DNA of 64,000 bases from an uncultured virus (IMG/VR IMGVR_UViG_3300020204_003072) (lineage: Duplodnaviria; Heunggongvirae; Uroviricota; Caudoviricetes), in IMG/VR virus record IMGVR_UViG_3300020204_003072, positions 62,001-126,000 of that record. One strand, 5' to 3'. The translations under genes and the position numbers were made by a program. How positions within the stretch are numbered: the first letter of the stretch is position 1; each line of letters opens with the position of its first letter. Shown here piece by piece: positions 31,224 through 41,000 of the stretch. The notes under the pieces are model-generated. The model was given only the letters and a program-made list of their open reading frames with translations. It was not told where the DNA came from and ran no database searches.

Positions 31224-32124
31224 ATTTTTTAATTAGATTATTTATTATGGTTTTATCTGATTTATAATCTGATTCCCAAACCACTTCTAAATTATAACCC
31301 TTATTTTTTATTAAGTCAATCTTGTTTTTGTCGTATTCCCACAATTGTTCAGCGGTCATACCTTTTACTTGATGAAAATATTCTTTACTATATTTGTTTG
31401 GGTTACAATGCCAATAATCACCATTGTATTCTATTATTAAGTTTAATTGTGGTAAAAAAATATCACAAATTTTTGTATCAATTTTAAAAGAATGAATTAC
31501 TTCATATCCTAATTTTTTTATTTTATTTAAAATTTGTTTTTCTGTTTTAGATCTTATTACAGATTTAATTTTTCCCAATCTTTTGGTTTCTTTGATTGTT
31601 TCAGAAAAAATTTTTCTAACGTGTTCCATTTCGCCATTTTTCCATTTTTTTCTAATCATATCAGCTACCTTTTTCCTATGTTCTGGATTTGCCATAGAAT
31701 TATTTTTACCAGTCGCTTTACCTATTCTACTTTTAGAAATTTGTTCTTTTGTCTCTTTTGAATGTTTTTTTCCATAAAATGGATTTCTTTCCCCAACCAT
31801 AACATCACTCAAACATTTTTTACATACAGAATTTTCATTGAGCGCTTTAAAATAGTTTCTACAAGTTGTTGTTGGGTGTGTTGTTGCAACATCAGTTTCT
31901 TTTTTACAATTAGGACAAATCCTTTTTGTTATATACTTTTCACCAACCTTTTCAATTTTTAGTGATTTACACCTATCTCGTTTTTTTGTTACATTATTTT
32001 TTTTTAAAATTCCAAGAATTACTGGTTTTGACACATTAAATTCTTTTGCCAGCCCTAAAGAACTTTTACCTGACAAATATTCTTTAATTACTAAATCTTC
32101 ATCTAAATTAATTTTTTTACCCAT
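31210..32124 (-). mobile_element. Free-standing homing endonuclease (HTH, zinc-finger-like, NUMOD3, Vsr/DUF559-like nuclease)
   Basis: CPNC/CKKC, GERNPFYGKKHSKETK (NUMOD3), D.....LIIEYNGDYWH...VVWESD. Confidence 0.85.
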
Positions 32125-32179
32125 AACTATTTTTATTTATAAATAGTCCAGTAATATCAAAAGGTAATTTATTAAATAT

Positions 32180-32208
32180 AAAAAAACCTCAACAATTATG
32201 TTGAGGTT
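32180..32208 (-). terminator. Intrinsic terminator
   Basis: AACCTCAACA...TGTTGAGGTT plus a T-tract on the minus strand. Confidence 0.8.
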
Positions 32209-32229
32209 CGATGATACGCAAAAACTAAA

Positions 32230-32823
32230 TTACTTCTGTATTTTTTTAATATTTGTTACTTTACCTTCAAAAATATGATTACCAACTCTAAATTTAAAAG
32301 CTTCGTTAGACCTTGTTGTTGATTCAACAAGTAAACCATTTTCTTTCAACACATCTTCTACAGTTTCTCTAACAATATCTCTAATTTCACTATAATCTAT
32401 TTTAGTATTTATTTGTTGTGTTTTTTGTTGTGTAACTGGGTTTTGTGTTTGAGTTTGATTTGTCCCCATTAATCTTGATGCTTTTTCAACAAGTTCATCA
32501 GATAATGTTGCACTACCATTATAAGATGTTGGTTGTTCAATTGGGTGTTCCAACATAAGTCTTTTTATTTCGTCAGGTAACTTTGAATTTTTGATTCTTT
32601 CTTCTGTTGTCCCTTGTGAAACATTATTTTGGATTTTTACTTCACTTTCTAATAAAAATTCTTTTGGAATGTTGTAATTTCCTTGTACTGGTTGGAACTC
32701 GTCAACCTGTGGTGTGTTAAAATTTGTTTGTTGTGGTAAACCACCCCTACCGATTTCATTATGTTTTTCCATTATTTTTTTGGAAATCATAAGTTTGTTT
32801 ATTATATCTTGTTCTGATTTCAT
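32230..32823 (-). CDS. Hypothetical protein
   Basis: 197 aa ORF with an IVRETVEDVLKE motif. Confidence 0.75.
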   Translation of the reverse strand: MKSEQDIINKLMISKKIMEKHNEIGRGGLPQQTNFNTPQVDEFQPVQGNYNIPKEFLLESEVKIQNNVSQGTTEERIKNSKLPDEIKRLMLEHPIEQPTSYNGSATLSDELVEKASRLMGTNQTQTQNPVTQQKTQQINTKIDYSEIRDIVRETVEDVLKENGLLVESTTRSNEAFKFRVGNHIFEGKVTNIKKIQK

Positions 32824-32828
32824 ACAAT

Positions 32829-33209
32829 TTAAAATACTGCGTTTATTATTACTCTTGTCATACTTTTATCTCCAGCTGGATTATAATTTGGTCTTGGTTC
32901 GTCAAAAGTTTCAGTTGTAGGTTTAAAGGTTATAATCTTATCAATTCTAAACATTCTCCAACTCGGTAACGGTTTTTTACCCAGATACGCTCTATGCGAA
33001 GAACCTTCCAAATCCCAAGCCCTTAATACTGGATTACCAGCCTTACTATAACCATAACAAACCGGTTCAATAATTCTTAAACCTTTACCACCTGGTTCAT
33101 CACCATCATAGTAAACAATAACCCGTTGTCGTTTCTTAATAGCATCTACAATTGTATTTATAGACGCTATTTCAACAATAAGATTATTATATACATTGTA
33201 AAGTTTCAT
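32829..33209 (-). CDS. WYL-domain protein
   Basis: AI..R..V...Y.....R.IEP......LRAW.....WRMFRIDKI. Confidence 0.8.
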   Translation of the reverse strand: MKLYNVYNNLIVEIASINTIVDAIKKRQRVIVYYDGDEPGGKGLRIIEPVCYGYSKAGNPVLRAWDLEGSSHRAYLGKKPLPSWRMFRIDKIITFKPTTETFDEPRPNYNPAGDKSMTRVIINAVF

Positions 33210-33496
33210 TAAGCCGTTGGAGTGGTGTATGGTTTGTCTTTTTGATATTCATTAATCTTTATTTCGTTAATCCTTTCAAAAATGTCGGTAGACGAACCAC
33301 CATTAGCGGTATCCAAAAAAGTTCCTGTACCTTTTCCAAATTCATCACCATCAGATATTGCATCTTTATTTGTTGCTGAATATGAATTTGTTGGTTTATA
33401 GTCATTTTTTGGGATTAATTTTTTTCTTTGATCTTCACCAATCATACCAAGATCATTCATTGGTTGACTAAAATCTAATCTTTCACTTGTTGCCAT
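33209..33496 (-). CDS. Hypothetical protein
   Basis: 95 aa, coupled by TAATG overlaps. Confidence 0.75.
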   Translation of the reverse strand: MATSERLDFSQPMNDLGMIGEDQRKKLIPKNDYKPTNSYSATNKDAISDGDEFGKGTGTFLDTANGGSSTDIFERINEIKINEYQKDKPYTTPTA

Positions 33497-33966
33497 TAGA
33501 GTAATTTTTTCATTATTTCGTTTATCCTTTTAAGGTTTTCTGTTATTTTAATATCATCTTGGAACTTACTATGTTCTTTTGATGGTCTATTCATATCTGC
33601 TAACCAACCCATATCATCAACTAATTTATTATCAATTGGTTCTGGATGATAGTCTTGCCTTATTTGTTTTGACATTTGATCCCCATTTCTAATTGAGTCA
33701 AGTGTTCTGTCAACCCAACTTTTCATATAGTCAGCACCATTTAATATGTATGGAGCATCTTTTCCGTCACCACTATAATTATCAAACCAATTTTTTATTC
33801 TACCAAGTTGTTGATAAGTTACATAACCCGTGTTTCTTAATTCTTGATTTCTATTGTGCCCTTCTGTGTTTGCATCAGAGTTACTAACGTGGTTAAAACA
33901 AGTTTCAAGATATTCAGTTATTTCTTTTGGTAACTGGATTGTTTTTCCGTATAAATCTTTATTCAC
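33496..33966 (-). CDS. Hypothetical protein
   Basis: 156 aa, ends ITENLKRINEIM. Confidence 0.75.
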   Translation of the reverse strand: MNKDLYGKTIQLPKEITEYLETCFNHVSNSDANTEGHNRNQELRNTGYVTYQQLGRIKNWFDNYSGDGKDAPYILNGADYMKSWVDRTLDSIRNGDQMSKQIRQDYHPEPIDNKLVDDMGWLADMNRPSKEHSKFQDDIKITENLKRINEIMKKLL

Positions 33967-35074
33967 TTTTTTCTAGGTGTTTTATTAATTTATCTAAACT
34001 TATTCCTTCTTTATCTGCTAGTTTTTTTATTGATTCTAAATTTCTCATCAAAATTTTATTAATTGGAGAATCGTCTTCGCTATCTTTTGTTTTAATGTCC
34101 TTATCCTTTGATTTTTTACTTAAAAGAAGTTCATCAATCATTTGTTTCATTTTTTCTTTCCTCAATTCAACAATTCTTTGTTTTCCTTCTTCGTCTAATT
34201 CTGGGTCAAAACCAAAAGACATACATCTTTCATATCTTTCGAACGGGTCTTTGATTTCTAAATTTTTAAAAACACTAATACACCCTTTAAATGTTTTTAT
34301 ATTGTCATCATCAATTTCTTCATACCCATATGCGTCAGAAAAATCTTCTTCATCTAATATATTTTTATTTTTTTTACCTTCACCAAAATAAATTCTAGCT
34401 TTAAATGGAAAATTACCACTGGCCATTCTAGTAAGAGTTGCTCTCATATCTTGTGTCCATTGTGTGTGTTGACCCATATCTAAAATTGGAATGTTAGAAC
34501 TTGACATACTACCGTCAACGTCAACAAATTCTTCAATTTCACCACCTTCTTTTTTAGATTCTTTTTTATATTTTTCTGGAATTTTACTGGTTAACTTTAA
34601 ACCAACTTTTTCAGCTAATGCGATAATAAATGGTGTTGCAATAGTAGAACCAGGTACAACTTGAAAAACAACAATTGGTAAAATTTTTAATAAATCTTTA
34701 GATTGTGATTTTATAAATGTAACATCATCATCATCTAAATTTAAATCACCTTCTTTAATGTATGAGTTTAAAGACTTAGCAATTATTTTAGCCAAAAGTT
34801 TTGTTTCGCCTACTTCTTTTTTTGCATCACCCAACAATTTTTTAAAAGCATTTTTAATTGATGATGCAGTAAATGTTTTGTCACTTTTAAGAATATTGCC
34901 AACAATATTTTTAACTTTTTTTTCTTGTGTTTTCGGTATATCGATTTTTTCATCTTTTTCCTTGGCTTCATTTAATGTGTTAGAAACCGAATAATACAAT
35001 GAAATTTTACTTCCTTTATCTTTCAAAAAGAAATAGTAAGGTTTTTTAAAATATTCTTTATCTAACTCAATCAT
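33959..35074 (-). CDS. Hypothetical protein with a LETM1-like hydrophobic segment
   Basis: QSKDLLKILPIVVFQVVPGSTIATPFII. Confidence 0.6.
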   Translation of the reverse strand: MIELDKEYFKKPYYFFLKDKGSKISLYYSVSNTLNEAKEKDEKIDIPKTQEKKVKNIVGNILKSDKTFTASSIKNAFKKLLGDAKKEVGETKLLAKIIAKSLNSYIKEGDLNLDDDDVTFIKSQSKDLLKILPIVVFQVVPGSTIATPFIIALAEKVGLKLTSKIPEKYKKESKKEGGEIEEFVDVDGSMSSSNIPILDMGQHTQWTQDMRATLTRMASGNFPFKARIYFGEGKKNKNILDEEDFSDAYGYEEIDDDNIKTFKGCISVFKNLEIKDPFERYERCMSFGFDPELDEEGKQRIVELRKEKMKQMIDELLLSKKSKDKDIKTKDSEDDSPINKILMRNLESIKKLADKEGISLDKLIKHLEKSE

Positions 35075-35126
35075 AAAACAGTTTTAATATAAATACTTTG
35101 ACTTGTTGTATTTATTAATAAAAAAG

Positions 35127-37991
35127 ATGTCCCAACAGAATATTAATCAATATGTTTATAAAAAAATCAATATAGATTTAGTATCTGATAGTATGGATAT
35201 GTCCTTAGCTTCGGACGAAAGAGACTATAAAGAAGAGGTTATTTTTTCACCATATATTATTGCACAAACATATGGTAATAAACTTCCTTTTTATTTTGAT
35301 ATAAACGACACCCTAACAGCGCAAAAACTTAATTTAAAATATAAAAATTACAATAAAAATAATATTTTTGTTTCACAAAATTATTATAATCCAGAAAATT
35401 CAAATTTTTGTTTATTAACAGCCTCAACATCTTGTGATATTGGTTTTACTGGAATTGATAACGGATTAGTTGATACAATGAGCGGTCAAACAATATATTT
35501 TACAAATGGTATCTTTGAAGATAGCGTTAAGTTTAATCGAATGTATTATGATAGAAGATTAAAATTATTTCAAGTTACAGGACACACAACAAATTTAAAT
35601 AGGTTTGAAGCTTTTAGTGCTCAAACATTATACGAAGTAATAAGTAAGACTGGAATAACAGAAGGTGTTTACCACGAATTATATGGTGGGTTCTATCAAG
35701 GTTTTTATAAATTATTTGGTTTTGATTATGATATTTTTCCAGAAAGAATGAATAAAGGTTGGAGCATTGAATTACTTTTGAAACCGAGATTATGTGACGA
35801 ATTTATTCCTAATTCTGGTGAAACCACATTAAACGAATTATACCCAAATAATAAAAACACTTTTTTTTATTGGGGGACCAGAGCTGAAAATAAGTTTTAC
35901 CACTATGCCGATGGGACACCAAGATGTTTTACTGGTTATACAAGAGTTACAACACCACTTGCTAATTGTTTACAGACTTGTGCTTGTTGTAATTTAAATA
36001 TTACAAATAGTAGGTGTATATATCTTTATCCACCACGTTCGTTAAATGGTATTCACGACCCACATATAAATTATGGTTGTGGTACTTGTAAAGGTAATCC
36101 TATGAGTGCGGTAACTTGTGGATGTGGTTGTAATCAATTTGCTTGTGAAACTTGTGGTTGGGAATGTCAGACACATTATTGTGGTGATGTAATACAACCA
36201 ACACCCACACCTACACCACTTCCTAGTCCAACACCAAGTTGTGATACACCACTGCCAGAATGCACACCAACTTGTACTACTTGTGAAAAGTGTGTTGATT
36301 GTTTAGATTGTCCAACATCTGGGTTTACTTCAGTAGAAGATACTTGTGAAAAAAATCCGTTATTTGATTCGATGTCCAATAACATTTCATTCAAATTATC
36401 TGGTGACCCACAAAATCCAGGAATTGGTATTAAAGTTTTAAGATTTACTGGTGAATGTATGACAACTGGAAATACAATTACTGGTACTGGAACTACTTTT
36501 GTTACTGGTTACACAATACAAGAATGGTGTACACCACCAATATATTCTTATTGTGAACAACAAAATCCAGCTTTTATAGAACAAGAACATTGGTTTTTAT
36601 TAGATGTTATTTGGAAACGAAATACAAATTTAGATAATTGTGATTTGTGGTGGTACGGTGGTTTAGGTGATATAACAAAGAAATTTTATTTAGAAAGTTT
36701 AGCAAATAATACATTTAGTTTAATTAGTCCACCATATTCAAATGATAAAAAAGATGCGGAACAAATAGAACTCGTAAATTTAAATGATACTTGGGTTTTA
36801 GATGAAAAATATAGAAAAGGTAAACTTTTAATATATGTGAATGGAAAATTAATTTATACAATAAAAGATTTCGAAGAAATTATACCAAGAGCTTTATCAA
36901 CAGATAAAGAAAAACAAATTGGTGTTCCTTTTAATATTTCTTGGGGTGGTGGAACACAAGGACTTCACGAAAATTTAGTTCCATCAACTTGTGAAAATTT
37001 AAGTAGTGATTTTATTCAGGACCCTGAATTATTCCCAACATCTGTTTTATCTGGCACATCATTGTCTGGTCTTACAACAAATATATTATTGGAAAAAGAA
37101 TTTGGTGGAACATTTGAAGGTGCTATTTCACAATTCAGAATGTATGTCCAACCACTCGATTCATCAGAAGTAAGACATAACTTTAATATATTAAAAGATA
37201 AATTCAGATTATTTAATCCTTTCTGTCCAGATTGTGATACAGAAATTTGTTTAACAAATGATTTTACATACACAATAAGTGGTGAAACTGAAACACCACC
37301 ATTAAGTTCAACAACAATCCCATTTGAATTAGGTAGAATCTATGTTGAAGATAAAAGAGATTTAAATTATTTAATAAAAAATAATCAAAGTGTAATTAAA
37401 TCGATTTCATCAAAACCACAAATATTAACACAAAGATTTTGGGATGCAAATGGTTGGTGGGGAAATCAAGGTAGCCTACCACAATGTGTTGGGTATTCTT
37501 GGGCCCATTGGTTAGAAGATGGTCCGGTACAACAATCTGGAATACCGCCAGTTGTAAAACCAAGTACAATTTATTTTAACGCACAAAAATTAGACCAATG
37601 GCCTGGTGAAAATTATAATGGTACTTCAGTTAGGGGTGGTGTAAAATATTTACAACAAATTGGTAAAGTAAAATCTTATTATTGGGCATTTGATTTACCA
37701 ACACTTGTAAATACAGTTTTAAAAGTTGGTCCAGTCGTAGTTGGTACAAACTGGTACAATGGAATGTTTTACCCAAATAAGTCTGGAAACATAAAATTAA
37801 CTGGTAAATTTGTTGGTGGACATGCTTATCTTATAAATGGTGTTGATTTAACAAAAAAAGTTTTTAGAATAAAAAATAGTTGGGGAAAATCTTGGGGAAT
37901 TGGTGGTCATGCGTATATATCATTTAATGATATGACAAGACTTATCAGAGAAAATGGGGAAATTTGTCTTGCAACAGAAATTGGTTCTTGA
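35127..37991 (+). CDS. Putative virion protein: LamG/ConA-like domain with Cys-rich PT insert, fused to a papain-like (C1A) peptidase
   Basis: L.IYVNG...ISWGGG...FEGAISQFRMY; C-terminal NQG...QCVGYS, GGHA and IKNSWG triad motifs. Confidence 0.75.
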   Translation: MSQQNINQYVYKKINIDLVSDSMDMSLASDERDYKEEVIFSPYIIAQTYGNKLPFYFDINDTLTAQKLNLKYKNYNKNNIFVSQNYYNPENSNFCLLTASTSCDIGFTGIDNGLVDTMSGQTIYFTNGIFEDSVKFNRMYYDRRLKLFQVTGHTTNLNRFEAFSAQTLYEVISKTGITEGVYHELYGGFYQGFYKLFGFDYDIFPERMNKGWSIELLLKPRLCDEFIPNSGETTLNELYPNNKNTFFYWGTRAENKFYHYADGTPRCFTGYTRVTTPLANCLQTCACCNLNITNSRCIYLYPPRSLNGIHDPHINYGCGTCKGNPMSAVTCGCGCNQFACETCGWECQTHYCGDVIQPTPTPTPLPSPTPSCDTPLPECTPTCTTCEKCVDCLDCPTSGFTSVEDTCEKNPLFDSMSNNISFKLSGDPQNPGIGIKVLRFTGECMTTGNTITGTGTTFVTGYTIQEWCTPPIYSYCEQQNPAFIEQEHWFLLDVIWKRNTNLDNCDLWWYGGLGDITKKFYLESLANNTFSLISPPYSNDKKDAEQIELVNLNDTWVLDEKYRKGKLLIYVNGKLIYTIKDFEEIIPRALSTDKEKQIGVPFNISWGGGTQGLHENLVPSTCENLSSDFIQDPELFPTSVLSGTSLSGLTTNILLEKEFGGTFEGAISQFRMYVQPLDSSEVRHNFNILKDKFRLFNPFCPDCDTEICLTNDFTYTISGETETPPLSSTTIPFELGRIYVEDKRDLNYLIKNNQSVIKSISSKPQILTQRFWDANGWWGNQGSLPQCVGYSWAHWLEDGPVQQSGIPPVVKPSTIYFNAQKLDQWPGENYNGTSVRGGVKYLQQIGKVKSYYWAFDLPTLVNTVLKVGPVVVGTNWYNGMFYPNKSGNIKLTGKFVGGHAYLINGVDLTKKVFRIKNSWGKSWGIGGHAYISFNDMTRLIRENGEICLATEIGS

Positions 37992-38072
37992 TTTTTTTTA
38001 TACAAAAATCGATACTTTGTATAATTCCTAATATTTATTAAATAGATAAAATAAACAGAAAAAAAATAAATA

Positions 38073-41000
38073 ATGCCAAATTACGTTATTATTACAGATC
38101 CAGTAGGTGGATTAACAACAACAGTTAGAAGTGGACAAACAAATTCTGCTTCAGCTCTTTATTCTACCGTTTCTGGGGGTAGGGGGAATACAGCAAAAAA
38201 AGAATATTCTACAGTAGCCGGTGGTAGAGGAAATACAGCAAACGGTAATTATTCTACCATAAATGGTGGTTACTTAAATCGTACTAACGGATTACTAAGT
38301 AATATTGGTGGTGGGTGTAATAACTTTGCAAATGGAAAATCTTCAGTTGTTAATGCAGGTGCGTTTAACACAGCACAATCAGATTATACAATTGTTGGTG
38401 GTGGTTATTATAACACAGCACTAAATTTAAAATCTAATGTTCTTGGTGGTGACCATAACACAGCAATGTCCGGTTCAACAATTGTTGGTGGGGATAATAA
38501 CATTGCAAGAGGTGTAAATTCTTTTGTTGGTAATGGTCAAGAAAATAAAGTTAGTGGTAATTATTCCGGAACAATTGGTGGAAATTCAAACGTATTAACT
38601 GGTGCAAGATCAGTAATACTTGGTGGTGCTGGTTTAACAGGTACATCCGCAGACACCGTTTATGTTCCTAAATTTAACATTAAAAATGTTGGAGCAACGG
38701 CATCTATTAATAATTTAGGTATTGATGTTCAAGGCAATGTTGTGATTGGTAGTGACAATGATATATTTTTAAGTGCTTCAACATTAGATAATGTTACTGG
38801 TATTTTAACATTAATTAATAGTAATGGTAGTAACGTAGTACAATCTGGTTTTGTTACAGAAGATAATTACGTAACTGGTGGTACATTTAACTATAATGCC
38901 GGTGGACTCACTTTAGAAATGAAAAACGGAACAAATGTTTCAATTTCTGGATTACAAGATAAGTATTTTACTGGTGTAACATTTGACACAAATAATTTTG
39001 ATTTAACTATTGGAAGAAACGATGGGTTTACAGATACAATTAATCTTGGTGTTTTAGCTACTGACTTAGGTTTAACTGGTGGAACTTACAATGCTAACAC
39101 TGGCGTTGTAACATTTATAAATACATCTGGAAATACAGTTCAAATTTCTGGATTTACAACTGGATACACAGACACATATTTAACTGGTGGTACATTTACT
39201 GCTGGTGATTTAACTTTAACAAATACAGATGGCTCAACAGTTCTTGTAACTGGATTCACATCTATTGATACTTATGTTACCGGTGGTACATACGATAATT
39301 CAACAGGTACTGCAACATTTGAAGATAACCAAGGTGGTTCTTTTGTTGTCACAGGATTTACAACTGGTGCAACAGATTATTTTACAACTGGGTTTACATT
39401 TGACCAAGGTACTTACGACTTAACAGTTGAATTAAACAATTATAGTGCATACACAGTTAATTTAGGTATTTTAGCCGGTGATTTAAGAGTGACTGGTGGT
39501 ACATATGATTTAAATTCTGGTACCGCAACATTTACAAATAATTCTGGTGGTACATTTAGTGTAACTGGTTTCTTAACTGGATATACCGATACTTACGTTA
39601 CTGGTGGTTTTTACACCCCATCAACGTCAACACTTACAATCCAACAACAAAATGGTATCGTTGATATAACTGGAATTGAAGATGCTGTAATAGTACAAGG
39701 TGGTGGTGTTTCATCTACGGTTAGAAAAAATACAGCAAACAATGCCAATAATCAATATACTACAGTTTTTGGTTATAATAATAATGCTAATGGTTACGCA
39801 AGTACAATTGGTGGTGGTGTTCTAAACCAAGCAAATAGTAATAGTGATGTTGTTGCCGGTGGTTATGTTAATAAAGCTAGTGGTGGTTATTCATTTGTTG
39901 GTGGTGGTTTTGCTAACAACAACTTTGGATATATGGGTGTAATAAATGGTGGTGCAAACAATTCTATAAGTGGTAATAGTTATTGGTCAACAGTCAATGG
40001 TGGTTGTAATAATAAAACATTTAGTAGTTACACTGTTATAGGTGGTGGTAGAACAAATGTAACTTGTAATTTGGGTGATACTGTTGCTGGTGGTTGTTGT
40101 AATACTGGTTGTGGTGGAAGTATCGCAATTGGTGGTGGATTTGGAAATAAAGCATATGGTTTTGCTTCGGTAATTGGTGGTGGATATTGTAATGAAACAT
40201 ATAATTTACAATCATCAGTAGGTGGTGGTTTACATAACACAGCGTTTGGTTTTAGATCAAATGTGGGTGGTGGTTCATTTAATACATCATATGGCACAAA
40301 CAACACAATAAGTGGTGGATATAAAAATACCGCATCTGGTTATAGATCAACAATTGCTGGTGGTAGATGTAACACAGCGCTTAATTTTGAATCTTCGGTA
40401 CTTGGTGGTGTAAAAAACACGGCAATAGGAAATAGTTCAGCTATCACGGGTGGTGGAGAAAATATAGCAGAAGGTTTATGTTCTATGATTCTTGGTGGAT
40501 ACCAAAACGTTGTAACAGGAAATAGATCAGCTGTAATTGGTGGACAAAATATTACTGGTACAACAAACGACACAATTTATGTTCCACAATTAAATATCCA
40601 AACAGTTGGTGTAACAACACCAGTTTCAAATTTAGGTGTTGATGCGTCTGGTAATGTTGTTTCAGTAGCTTCTCAAACAGATTACTTTTTAACTGGATTA
40701 ACATTTGACAATGGAACATTTGATTTAACAGCGTCTGTTAATGATGGTAACGATTACACAGTAAGTTTAGCAATACTTTCTTCAGATATGACAGTAACTG
40801 GAGGTACTTATGATAATTCTACTGGTATTGCAACATTTACAACAAATTCTGGAAATACATTTAATGTTTCTGGTTTCTTAACTGGATATACCGATATAGT
40901 ACTTACTGGTGCTAGCCTTTCAAATGGCGAACTTACATTATCAAATAGTGATGGATCACAAGTTTTTGTAACTGGATTTACAGATTACTTTGTTACTGGA

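Noticed and set aside
31100..32230. Group I intron carrying the endonuclease
   Set aside because: The GT N-terminus lies wholly downstream of the endonuclease, a terminator lies upstream, and there is no room for a ribozyme core.
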